Numbered from the stretch's first letter, positions 36,276 through 44,820 are shown. The stretch: 45,371 nt of DNA from a virus (IMGVR_UViG_3300017448_000026:1-45371); one strand, 5' to 3'. Notes: a model not told the origin generated them from the letters alone. Numbers and translations are program-made.

Positions 36276-36310
36276 TGTTTTTGTCTCTTTTCTTTGGTTT
36301 TTACTTCTTT

Positions 36311-36601
36311 TTAGGAAGCCGTTGGTTTTTCTTGTATTGGTTTTGTATTACTTTGATTCAAATAAAAACGAACAAGATTATCCTTAATCATATCTCTAAT
36401 CATCTTACGTCTAACTTTTTCCGTTAGATCAGCCCTGCTCATGAAATAAATTGCCTTTTCTAAAGTATCAGAAACTTGCCAAGCATCTTGTTCCATTTTA
36501 GTCACTTTAAGTTTTCTCCTTTTGTTTTCCTGCGTTACATGAATTCCGAAAAATGGATTTCTATAATCCGTCATTGGACCTTCGTAAAGTTTTGCTCTCA
36601 T
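36311..36601 (-). CDS. Hypothetical protein
   Basis: ATGA-coupled to the AAA gene. Confidence 0.6.
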   Translation of the reverse strand: MRAKLYEGPMTDYRNPFFGIHVTQENKRRKLKVTKMEQDAWQVSDTLEKAIYFMSRADLTEKVRRKMIRDMIKDNLVRFYLNQSNTKPIQEKPTAS

Positions 36602-37419
36602 AACGTAATATCCCCCCGAAGGATTTTGCTAAATTTATTATACAAATTACCGTCTTCGTACAAGGGAGGCTCACCAGTAAAATCAATTTTGTATGGAAGG
36701 CGAAAGCTAGTTTTTGCCGAGTCTTCATCAAATCCTTGGGTATATACTACGTGTCTTAAACGTCCATCCATTTCTCGTTCATACCCAAAATGCCACATAT
36801 CGTCAAATACAGTTGGAACGAATGCGGAAATTGCTCTTCCTGCGGTTACAATGCTTCTGGTGCGGGTGACTACTTTTGTTCTCAAATCCGGTGAACTTTC
36901 CGTCGTCATTACGTGTGCAATTATGATGACATTTTTAGGATTGCCAGGCCGCACCCATAGAGCTTTAAGTGCATCGAACCAATAACGCTCGAAGAAATTA
37001 ACTTGTCCATTATAATAATCTATGGACATTAACTCGATCATTTTACCGCCGCCTGAAGTTGCTTTCAGGCGTCTGAGCATTTCAATTGCTCGTTCTCCTT
37101 TTAATTCTCCTATACTATTCATGCAGGTAATAGAGAGATTAGTCATTGAATCTTCAATTATAGTTTCGTATGGACATCCTACATTTAGAAATTCATTGAC
37201 CTTATCTGAATGAGTGAAGATGTCAGGATAAGTTTCATAGTCAATTTGTTTATCAGGAAAATGCTTGATTGCTATATTTGGCATCTTCTTGTCGTTGTCG
37301 AAAACGAAGATTGGTCCTGGAAAAGATAATGCTCCTACGGATTTTCCAGAGCCACTATCGCCTTTAAAAAGTGCGAAAATTCCACGATCGTTGGGTTGTA
37401 TATCTTTTGTGCTAGGCAT
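36598..37419 (-). CDS. AAA_24/Sak4-like ATPase (recombination/annealing)
   Basis: GDSGSGKS, TIIEDSMT, VIIIAH; sits between the nuclease and SSB-like genes. Confidence 0.8.
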   Translation of the reverse strand: MPSTKDIQPNDRGIFALFKGDSGSGKSVGALSFPGPIFVFDNDKKMPNIAIKHFPDKQIDYETYPDIFTHSDKVNEFLNVGCPYETIIEDSMTNLSITCMNSIGELKGERAIEMLRRLKATSGGGKMIELMSIDYYNGQVNFFERYWFDALKALWVRPGNPKNVIIIAHVMTTESSPDLRTKVVTRTRSIVTAGRAISAFVPTVFDDMWHFGYEREMDGRLRHVVYTQGFDEDSAKTSFRLPYKIDFTGEPPLYEDGNLYNKFSKILRGDITL

Positions 37420-37570
37420 TGTTTTCCTTTATTTTATCTAATTCCTGTTGAAGTTCTTGACAAATCTTTGTTGCACGTCTCCAGTGCATTACCATCATTT
37501 CCACCCTCTCATTTAATTCTAAATTTGAGTAAAACGTTCTCGGTAGTGTTTCTTCTATCTCTTTAATCAT
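37412..37570 (-). CDS. Small hypothetical protein (52 aa)
   Basis: Manual translation MIKEIEETLPRTFYSNLELNERVEMM...; overlaps both neighbours. Confidence 0.55.
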   Translation of the reverse strand: MIKEIEETLPRTFYSNLELNERVEMMVMHWRRATKICQELQQELDKIKENNA

Positions 37571-37796
37571 TTCTTCGTCTGTCATGACGACACTCCTTAT
37601 GTCTTGGACGAACTTCTCTTAGATTATACACCTTCATAATCATTTCTTGTCCACAAATCCAGCAAATGTTCTTAATTCCTAAAACAGTTGATTTTGGATA
37701 ATAGCAAGTACAATTGTCGAGAGTGCATTTGAAGATTTCGTAATCTCTTCCTAGTTTAGTTTTGATGAACTTATGAACATGATTCATGCTGGGCAT
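37563..37796 (-). CDS. Small Cys/His-rich Zn-binding protein
   Basis: HVHK...CTLDNC...CWICG...HKEC. Confidence 0.65.
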   Translation of the reverse strand: MPSMNHVHKFIKTKLGRDYEIFKCTLDNCTCYYPKSTVLGIKNICWICGQEMIMKVYNLREVRPRHKECRHDRRRND

Positions 37797-37819
37797 ATCT
37801 TTGTAAAATCCGTAACGAA

Positions 37820-38689
37820 TTACGTCATGTGTGCTCCTGGGTCCCACTTTTCTTTTCTTTCCATAAACAATTGAGTTAATTTATAATTCCTAATTTCCTT
37901 AGGCTTACGGCATACTTCTTCGTAAATACAGCCGCTGTACTTATCACAGCTTGTAAAGTTTGGCGGGAAGAAGTTGTTTTCTGCATCAGTTATGTAACGC
38001 AAAATCTCGTAAATAGTAACCTCCCTCCATTCGTCAATCAAATCAGGCGAATAAGATAACGTATGCCTCTCAAATTTTTCATTGTCTTTCAAAGTCTTTT
38101 GAAATCCAATTTTATTGATTATAATGTTGGTTACTCCAAGTAACCAACAATATCCTCTAAATTGATTACTTAAATAATGCGGGCGGCCGCGTCGTGAAGA
38201 GGATTTATGATCCACAGGCATAATTGGACAATTTGTTAAACCTATTCCCAAATCAAGTTTACCTTGATAAAGAATAATGCGCGTGTCATCCTCGTATAAG
38301 ATTTTACTCGCGACTTGCTCGACGAAAAGTACGTTGTCCCATCCATCGTTTGCTGTGTATGTGCAATATTCTTGAAAAGTTCTTATTACATCTTCTACGA
38401 TTTCTTGATCTAAACTCATACTGACGGCTGCTTTACGTCCAATAATTATACAAATTGCTACAATGTCAGCATGAGTTTTCTTGTTTATCGCCCAATTTGA
38501 TCTGTACTTACGCAACTTATAATACTCCGCAAGCATTTGATGGATTAGATCACCTTTTTCAAAGTAATCAGGTTTTGCAATTGGTTCCAAGTTAAGATTG
38601 AAGCTATAATTAGCTTTTCTGGCACAATCTTGAATTGTGTTAAGAATTTGACTATCTACTACGTAAATTTGCTTTTGTTGTTCAGTCAT
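37820..38689 (-). CDS. PD-(D/E)xK nuclease (PDDEXK_1/Cas4-like exonuclease)
   Basis: KGDLIH, VEQ, GKLD, VDHKS, QFRGY, C-terminal C...GC.Y...C. Confidence 0.85.
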   Translation of the reverse strand: MTEQQKQIYVVDSQILNTIQDCARKANYSFNLNLEPIAKPDYFEKGDLIHQMLAEYYKLRKYRSNWAINKKTHADIVAICIIIGRKAAVSMSLDQEIVEDVIRTFQEYCTYTANDGWDNVLFVEQVASKILYEDDTRIILYQGKLDLGIGLTNCPIMPVDHKSSSRRGRPHYLSNQFRGYCWLLGVTNIIINKIGFQKTLKDNEKFERHTLSYSPDLIDEWREVTIYEILRYITDAENNFFPPNFTSCDKYSGCIYEEVCRKPKEIRNYKLTQLFMERKEKWDPGAHMT

Positions 38690-38690
38690 T

Positions 38691-39053
38691 TTATCCTCTT
38701 TCCTCCAAACTTTTAACCAAATCAATTAACTCTCTTTTTGTTTGATTCAAAACTTTCATCTCTTCTTCAGAACCTCCCAGATCCGGGTGTTTTGCACGTG
38801 CAAGTGCTCTGTACCCCGCATGAATTATTGCTTTTGCTGTTTCATCTACATCGGAAAAATTAATTTTAGATGATGAAACATCCTTATCCATTTCAATGGA
38901 TAAGATACGATATCCTAGTCCAAGAGCTTCTTTTAATTGAGATTGAGTTAAGACGAATCGACTTTCGATGTAAACTGTGTAAACGTTTGATGTTTTTCCT
39001 GGAAGTTGCATTTCGTAGTCCTCAAGTTGAGGGGGATCTATCCTCATAAACAA
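38691..39053 (-). CDS. Protein with C-terminal partial J-domain
   Basis: GYRALARAKHPDLGGSEEEMKVLN (HPD motif). Confidence 0.75.
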   Translation of the reverse strand: MFMRIDPPQLEDYEMQLPGKTSNVYTVYIESRFVLTQSQLKEALGLGYRILSIEMDKDVSSSKINFSDVDETAKAIIHAGYRALARAKHPDLGGSEEEMKVLNQTKRELIDLVKSLEERG

Positions 39054-39619
39054 ATAGGCCCTTTATTAATTTCCCCATCGCCCGCACTAAGAAGTAATCT
39101 TATCTTTTCACCAAGTTCTTTAGGCTTAGTTAAATCCTCTATAGTACAAAAACTCCCGCTTTGTGCGGCTAAGTCCTCTAGAAACTGAGGATAATTTCCT
39201 GATCCTACGTACATAATTTGTACGTTTAGGCTCTGCGCTGCTTCTAACGCAAAATTTTCTTTAGATGCTTCTCCATCGGTTATTAACAAGAGATTTTTAT
39301 AGCCGTTTTGCTTGGCAAGACTGAAAGCACGTTCCATGTACGTTCCTCCGCTTGGATTAGGTATATCTTCGTTACTTGCTAGCAGCCGCGCTTGATCCGA
39401 AAATACAATTGTAGGTGGTCTTACACTTAATGCTTTCACAATGTCGCGTAAAGCATCAATTCTACGTTTTTCTGGTTCAATTGCTATGTTCATTGACGAT
39501 GATATGTCTAGAACTAAGCATGAATCTTTATCTAATACTGCACTTCGTGCTTTTAGTCTTTCGACTAAGGTTCGTGTTTCTTTGTTTGTGTCTTGATTGT
39601 TCTGAAGTTCATTTGTCAT
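39044..39619 (-). CDS. Stand-alone von Willebrand factor A (vWA) domain protein
   Basis: MIDAS motifs LVLDISSSM, GGT, LITDGE. Confidence 0.85.
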   Translation of the reverse strand: MTNELQNNQDTNKETRTLVERLKARSAVLDKDSCLVLDISSSMNIAIEPEKRRIDALRDIVKALSVRPPTIVFSDQARLLASNEDIPNPSGGTYMERAFSLAKQNGYKNLLLITDGEASKENFALEAAQSLNVQIMYVGSGNYPQFLEDLAAQSGSFCTIEDLTKPKELGEKIRLLLSAGDGEINKGPICL

Positions 39620-39646
39620 TTTGTTTTCTCCGTCTAGTCGTAAAAA

Positions 39647-41230
39647 TTACCATCCCCATTTTTTACCTCCTTTGGCCAATAGAACATCAGCTAATTCTTG
39701 AATTAAGCTACTTTCGCTCCATTTTACTTCAATTCCATCCATCGTAGATGCAAAAGAACTACGCTTTTGCTCTTTAAGTTCACTGAAAAACTCATCCACA
39801 GTTCCTACTGCAATAAATTCCGTGCCACTAATTTTATCAGCAGTTTGTCCTGGTCTAGGAAACCGTGCGGCCGCTTGATTTTCTATTTGAGGATTCCATT
39901 CAGGTTCCATTTGAATGTAATCGCTGCAACACTGTAAATTAAGTCCCTCACCGCCTGCTAGTGTACCGGCTTGGAGTACTCGATATTCACTTGTCCAAAA
40001 TTTGTCTACGATGCTTTGGTTGATTGGAGTCCCCAAGCGTAGAATCTTTGGGTAGAATTGAGTTATCCTAAAAGCAACCTCAGCCGCAACATCGAGATGA
40101 TGCGTGAAAATGACTATTTTACGATCGGTTTCGGATAAAAAATCCTCAACGAAGTCTACTACACCTGGAATCTTTGCGATCCCGGTGAGATGGCGCATTT
40201 TGTTTAAATATGCTAAAATGCACGTTTGTTTCTCGAATGCTGAAACTCCAGAACTACCGTAGTTCATAAAATTCTGAAATTGCTTGAATTCATTTTTATA
40301 CGCTTCTTCAACTTTTGCACCTAACTCTTCAAATAAGAAACGACGTGAAATGCTAGGTAAATCAGGTAATACTTCAGCACGAGTACGTCGTATGATAAAA
40401 TCTTTTGTAAATTCCTTCCATTCAGCCGGACGTTTAATTCCTCCGACTTTTTGTGCGCGTCCGCCAACAGGCCAATAAGTTTCACCCCAGCGATGGATGT
40501 AATGTTCGCGAATTGGAAATTTCTCTGGCTGAAGTAAGTTGAGAATTGGAAAATATTCTGCCATGTTATTCTCGATTGGTGTGCCGGATAATGGTAGGAG
40601 ATATTCAGCTTTGCGGCCGATCTTTTGCACAGCTTTCGTTCGTTTAGTTTCTCCGTTTTTGATTTTCTGGCATTCGTCAAGAATTACTGTACGAACACCT
40701 AATTTTTCCATCCAAGCTTCGGGATCTTTCATGCCTCTTTCTATCGTTTTTCCGGATTTATTTGTGAAAGTTGAGTAAGCTAAAGCATCATATGAAACAA
40801 TGTATCCTTGCATACCTGGAAGGATGTACTCGTTTTCGTCGTCAATAATTTGCATGATCCAGCCGCACCAACGGAATGCTTCTTTTGCCATTTGGATACG
40901 CAAGCCAGATTTACAAACTATTAGAACTTTGAGGTATTCTTCTTTGTCGCTGTTTATTGCTAAGAATGCTTGAAGTGTTTTGCCGACGCCCATTTCGTCA
41001 GCGAACAGGACGCGCATTCCGTTTTTAATTGCCCATGCTGCGCCGTCTAATTGATATTTGTAAGGTTGTAAGCCGTCACGGGAAGTTAAGGTTAAATCTT
41101 TGGGTTGCGGGATTCTTTTACTACGTACATGCCCACATTCATACGTGATTACGTGAATTTTGTCGAGTTTAAATTCTGATTTTACTTCTGCTATTTTATT
41201 GCAGATTGGGCATTTTTTGATTGTTTTCAT
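39647..41230 (-). CDS. SNF2-like SF2 helicase with N-terminal Zn ribbon
   Basis: ADEMGVGKT, ILDECQ, LSGTPIEN, GEGLNLQ, QAAARFPRPGQ; CPIC...CGH N-terminus. Confidence 0.9.
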   Translation of the reverse strand: MKTIKKCPICNKIAEVKSEFKLDKIHVITYECGHVRSKRIPQPKDLTLTSRDGLQPYKYQLDGAAWAIKNGMRVLFADEMGVGKTLQAFLAINSDKEEYLKVLIVCKSGLRIQMAKEAFRWCGWIMQIIDDENEYILPGMQGYIVSYDALAYSTFTNKSGKTIERGMKDPEAWMEKLGVRTVILDECQKIKNGETKRTKAVQKIGRKAEYLLPLSGTPIENNMAEYFPILNLLQPEKFPIREHYIHRWGETYWPVGGRAQKVGGIKRPAEWKEFTKDFIIRRTRAEVLPDLPSISRRFLFEELGAKVEEAYKNEFKQFQNFMNYGSSGVSAFEKQTCILAYLNKMRHLTGIAKIPGVVDFVEDFLSETDRKIVIFTHHLDVAAEVAFRITQFYPKILRLGTPINQSIVDKFWTSEYRVLQAGTLAGGEGLNLQCCSDYIQMEPEWNPQIENQAAARFPRPGQTADKISGTEFIAVGTVDEFFSELKEQKRSSFASTMDGIEVKWSESSLIQELADVLLAKGGKKWGW

Positions 41231-41601
41231 TTTTCTGGTAACTTTCTCCAATTTTTGAATTCTTCTTCAGTTAGTTGGATATTCCTGACCATCCACTTCT
41301 CATTCTCTTGATTACTACAGTTATCACAGCTGTAACAGCTATAACAGTTATAGCAGTTATTACAGTTATCACAGTTGTAACAGCTATAACAGTTATAGCA
41401 GTTACTACAGCTACTACAGCTATAACAGTTACTACAGTTATTACAGTTATCACAGTAATTACAGCAATTACAGTTACTACAGTTATAGCAGTAATTACAG
41501 TAATTACAGTTATAGCATTTGTGACTACTGTGACTATCATCGTGCTTAATATCTCGCTTAGTTTTTGCGTTAATTATCTGTTCTCTCGTCATTTTTTTCA
41601 A
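41227..41601 (-). CDS. Cysteine-rich CxxCxx repeat protein
   Basis: GAGG RBS; 23 Cxx units; C-terminal MVRNIQLTEEEF; ATGA-coupled to the helicase. Confidence 0.8.
   Translation of the reverse strand: MKKMTREQIINAKTKRDIKHDDSHSSHKCYNCNYCNYCYNCSNCNCCNYCDNCNNCSNCYSCSSCSNCYNCYSCYNCDNCNNCYNCYSCYSCDNCSNQENEKWMVRNIQLTEEEFKNWRKLPEK
41311..41517 (-). repeat. Degenerate 9-bp tandem repeat x23 (consensus TGT AAT AAC)
   Basis: Read unit by unit; contains a near-duplicated 45-bp block. Confidence 0.92.
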
Positions 41602-41604
41602 TCC

Positions 41605-42405
41605 TCATTCCGGTATTTCCTTTCCTTGTGCAGAATAGATTGTACGTAATTGCACTTCGGCCGCATCTTTACCAATTATCTTAGTAAGTTCTTTTAACTG
41701 CGCAGCCCACTGCTTCTTACGTTCATCAATTGCAGTTTCAACAGACTGTTTCTTTTGACGTACAGCCCTCTTATGAAAATCCGCAATTTCTTCAGGAGTT
41801 AGCTTATCAAGTTCAGCCTTATCCATGTTTTGCAGTACTTTTTTCGTTACTGCAATCTGCTTTGAGAATTGTTCACATAAACCACGCATTTTATTTATGT
41901 GTTCTATTATTGCTTCTCGCCGTTGTTCGTAATCCTCTATTTTGCTAAATTCCAGAACTACGAACGATTCATGGTTTATTGCAATCTCGGCTAGCCTTTT
42001 ACCACTCAAAACATTTTCAGATTCAGCAACTATTTGCTTGAGATTTTTCTCACGGTTTATCTCAACTTCTACCTGCCCGAAGTGCACTGGGCAATAACCA
42101 TTTTCGCCGGAATTTGGACCTGGCCAGCATTTGTACGTGTGCATGAAACGTATGCCGCAAATTATACACTTATGACCGTTACATTCGGGAAGATTTTCGT
42201 GTAATTTTTGGACAGCCGCACTAGTAACTGTTTCACCATCTACAAAAATTTCTACAGTACCAGAGTGATTTTTAGGTGGTTTTACGTGGGATATCTCTGT
42301 CGCATCGAAAAATGCGATGTGATATTCGTCAAGTTTAGGACGGTAGCATATTTTGCAAATTGTGCTAGTTGGTCCTAGAAGTGGGGTGAATTTATGATTG
42401 TCCAT
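41605..42405 (-). CDS. Hypothetical protein with two Cys/His clusters and helical C-terminus
   Basis: AAGGAG RBS before MDNHK; CKIC and CIIC...H...C...CPVH. Confidence 0.7.
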   Translation of the reverse strand: MDNHKFTPLLGPTSTICKICYRPKLDEYHIAFFDATEISHVKPPKNHSGTVEIFVDGETVTSAAVQKLHENLPECNGHKCIICGIRFMHTYKCWPGPNSGENGYCPVHFGQVEVEINREKNLKQIVAESENVLSGKRLAEIAINHESFVVLEFSKIEDYEQRREAIIEHINKMRGLCEQFSKQIAVTKKVLQNMDKAELDKLTPEEIADFHKRAVRQKKQSVETAIDERKKQWAAQLKELTKIIGKDAAEVQLRTIYSAQGKEIPE

Positions 42406-42811
42406 TCTTTTCTCCTTTCTTCTCCTTTTCATTTTCTAGGGCAACATATCCGGCAAAGTCCTCCCGGATAGTTTGTTCGTTGTAATTTTTCGTTTCATCC
42501 AACATTTTCTGTAACATCTGAATATCTTCCAAAATTAGTCCAATGCCAAGTATCTCCTGAACGTCACCACGATAAGGATTTTGTGGGTGCCGAAAGTTCT
42601 TAGGAATGCCGGCTTGCATACGAAATCTATCGTACGCTGCCAACGCCCGCATTTGGAAGTTTGAATCACTCATTAAAAGTTCAGCAATTATCATTCCTGA
42701 ACGATGTACGATTCGGCAAAATTGTCCTGAATCGCTAAATTCAATGTAACAGGGAACTTGTTTAGTCACTTTTCCGTCCTTTTTGTCGAAACGAATATCC
42801 ATCGTAATCAC
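42392..42811 (-). CDS. Hypothetical protein
   Basis: Packed ORF; start uncertain. Confidence 0.65.
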   Translation of the reverse strand: MITMDIRFDKKDGKVTKQVPCYIEFSDSGQFCRIVHRSGMIIAELLMSDSNFQMRALAAYDRFRMQAGIPKNFRHPQNPYRGDVQEILGIGLILEDIQMLQKMLDETKNYNEQTIREDFAGYVALENEKEKKGEKNGQS

Positions 42812-43046
42812 GATTAGGATTTATTTCCAAAGAGCCTTGATTAGAGTTAGGGAATTCAACGGCAAAATACCATAAACCCTTATCTAACGAAGGAATATCT
42901 ACGTGAATCCTTTCTTCTGAATGGAAACAAAAGTTTCCGTAATAGCCAGAGTTGCCAAACTCAATACACTTTACTCCTTCGATTAAGGAAATACGAATAT
43001 CTCCAGTTAACGATAATGAGAATTTGTCAGTTGTGATACGTATCAT
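42762..43046 (-). CDS. Hypothetical protein
   Basis: AGGAG RBS; ATGA overlap with the upstream CLec-fold gene. Confidence 0.6.
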   Translation of the reverse strand: MIRITTDKFSLSLTGDIRISLIEGVKCIEFGNSGYYGNFCFHSEERIHVDIPSLDKGLWYFAVEFPNSNQGSLEINPNRDYDGYSFRQKGRKSD

Positions 43047-43396
43047 TTTATTGTCTCCTGTTTTCTTACACATCGGAATCCGACGATGCTACGGATGAGC
43101 GGGTGCTCGTATAGGCGGAGCGAACAAGCAGCGCTGTCACGAATGAAGCTCTGAGAGGAACCACGCACTATTTTAGACCCTGGATATTTTATCGAACTGT
43201 CACTAGTCCATTCGTAAAAATTTTTAGGAATTTCTACTAGCTCCACTTCTGCAAACGTTGGTAACCTGCAATTTTTTGCTTTGCAGTATTCAGTTGCTTC
43301 ATACCAACTTATGTTAGTTAAAACTTCGCCGCACTGATTAGTTTCTAAATCCTCTGCAATTTCTTCATTCGTATTAGGAATCTTAATCCATTTCAT
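43043..43396 (-). CDS. Minimal FGE-sulfatase/C-type-lectin-fold protein, copy 3
   Basis: SWYEATEYC...RLPTFAE...EW...RG...GFRCVR. Confidence 0.85.
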   Translation of the reverse strand: MKWIKIPNTNEEIAEDLETNQCGEVLTNISWYEATEYCKAKNCRLPTFAEVELVEIPKNFYEWTSDSSIKYPGSKIVRGSSQSFIRDSAACSLRLYEHPLIRSIVGFRCVRKQETIK

Positions 43397-43721
43397 TTTT
43401 CAATTCCCCCTTTCTTACGCAACGAAAGCCTATAAGGAACCGGTACGTTGGTCCGACCCTGAGACGGTAGCTCTTTTGCCCGCAGCCCCTGTGCACTATT
43501 TTAGACTGTGGATATTCTAGCGAACTATCACTAGTCCATTCGTAATTTTCAGAAATTTTTACTAGTTCTGTTTCTGCAAATGTTGGCAGTCTGCAATTTT
43601 TTGCTTTGCAGTATTTATTCGCTTCATACCAGTTTAAGCTAGTTAAAATTTCGCCTCCTAAGTGAGTTTCCAAATTCTCTGCAATTTCTTCGTTTGTATT
43701 CGGGATTTTAATCCATTTCAT
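43383..43721 (-). CDS. Minimal FGE-sulfatase/C-type-lectin-fold protein, copy 2
   Basis: Start MKWIKIPNTNEEI at 43721 (GAGGA RBS, ATGA overlap); same motifs. Confidence 0.85.
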   Translation of the reverse strand: MKWIKIPNTNEEIAENLETHLGGEILTSLNWYEANKYCKAKNCRLPTFAETELVKISENYEWTSDSSLEYPQSKIVHRGCGQKSYRLRVGPTYRFLIGFRCVRKGELKNEMD

Positions 43722-44050
43722 TTGTTTTCCTCTTTTCTTACGCAACGAAAACCAATTAAATAGCTTCGGTTGCCCGGCGCGATGCTGTAACGGACCGATG
43801 TGCCTAGGAAACACGAGCCACCGCTGAACGAACCCCCGCGCAAAATCTTCGTGTCTGGAAATTCCAATGAGGTATCTAATGTCCATTCCCAAAAATTTTT
43901 AGGAATGTATACTAATTCGGTTTCCGCAAACGTTGGCAATCTGTAATCATTTGTCTTACAGTATTCAGTTGCTTCAAACCAATTGAATCCTTTCTGAATA
44001 AACTCGGTTGAAATTTCTTCATTTGTGTTTGGGATCTTGATCCAGTCCAT
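43718..44050 (-). CDS. Minimal FGE-sulfatase/C-type-lectin-fold protein, copy 1
   Basis: GGAGA RBS, MDWIKIPNTNEEI; WEW...LRGGSF...GFRCVR. Confidence 0.85.
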   Translation of the reverse strand: MDWIKIPNTNEEISTEFIQKGFNWFEATEYCKTNDYRLPTFAETELVYIPKNFWEWTLDTSLEFPDTKILRGGSFSGGSCFLGTSVRYSIAPGNRSYLIGFRCVRKEENK

Positions 44051-44080
44051 TTGATTTGTCTCCAATTGTTACTTCATCGT

Positions 44081-44110
44081 GCGGCCGGCCGGCCGACGGC
44101 CGCGTCGGTC
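44081..44110. other. GC-rich palindromic element with alternative hairpins
   Basis: GCGGCCGGCCGGCCGACGGCCGCGTCGGTC can form GCGGCCG/CGGCCGC or CCGACG-GCCG-CGTCGG stems. Confidence 0.6.
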
Positions 44111-44221
44111 TTACTTTCATCGAACTTTACGTTTATCGTTTTTTTGATATTCACTTAATTCACCTTTTTCCCGCCTTTCGTATTTCCGTTGCTAATTCTC
44201 TACATGTCATTTATTTTCCTC

Positions 44222-44578
44222 CTAACCTAATTCTATAAATCTATACTCAACAGGTCCACTACCTAAAATTCCACGTACACCATCTCCTGTTTTAATGATG
44301 TTGCCTTTTACGATTTTGCCGTTGATGCTTAATTCACAGGGTCCAAGAAAATCCAAACCCGAAAGATCTTTTAACGACTTACCGTAATAGTTGATTAGTG
44401 CAAGCAACTTCTGTTGCCTAATTGGAGATTTTTTATAGATTGCAGTTTGAACGTAGCGTTTGAAGTCACTTGGATTAACGAATTCTTTACGTTCGTACCC
44501 GGAAATTGATGATGACTTTAGGCCATCCTTTGCGATCTCTTCAAAAATGTTTTGGAATAGTTCATTCATAATAAACAC
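44222..44578 (-). CDS. Hypothetical early protein
   Basis: GAGG RBS; 118-aa ORF. Confidence 0.65.
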   Translation of the reverse strand: MFIMNELFQNIFEEIAKDGLKSSSISGYERKEFVNPSDFKRYVQTAIYKKSPIRQQKLLALINYYGKSLKDLSGLDFLGPCELSINGKIVKGNIIKTGDGVRGILGSGPVEYRFIELG

Positions 44579-44820
44579 TTAACCTCATAACTATTTTCGT
44601 TACCAAATGAATCGCGTTTCAAGATTCCCATAATTGCATTGGCAGCCCATAAAGTATTTACTTCAATACCTATTCGGCCTTTGTAAACAATTGCGAATGA
44701 TTTAATCCCCGCTTCAATATTTTGCTGAATTTTATCATCACGTTCCTGCTTACGTTCCCACGTTTTAGTTGGGGAATTTCGGATTTTTTTAAATTCCATC
44801 GAACCGTAATTCACCGGCAT
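44566..44820 (-). CDS. Hypothetical early protein (first gene of the - arm)
   Basis: Downstream of the strong promoter at 44931-44960. Confidence 0.65.
   Translation of the reverse strand: MPVNYGSMEFKKIRNSPTKTWERKQERDDKIQQNIEAGIKSFAIVYKGRIGIEVNTLWAANAIMGILKRDSFGNENSYEVKCLL

Noticed and set aside
37820-38689. Cas4 as part of a CRISPR-Cas system
   Set aside because: No other cas genes or array; the context (AAA annealase-like and SSB-like genes) is a standard phage recombination module.
41271-41649. VITVIT-repeat ORFs (41271..41540 - and 41275..41649 +), or a CRISPR array
   Set aside because: These are alternative frames of the 9-bp repeat; the Cys frame has an RBS and gene coupling; there are no unique spacers.
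43383-43892. 169-aa version of CLec copy 2 given in the ORF track
   Set aside because: The extension overlaps copy 1 in another frame; paralogy and RBS fix the start at 43721.
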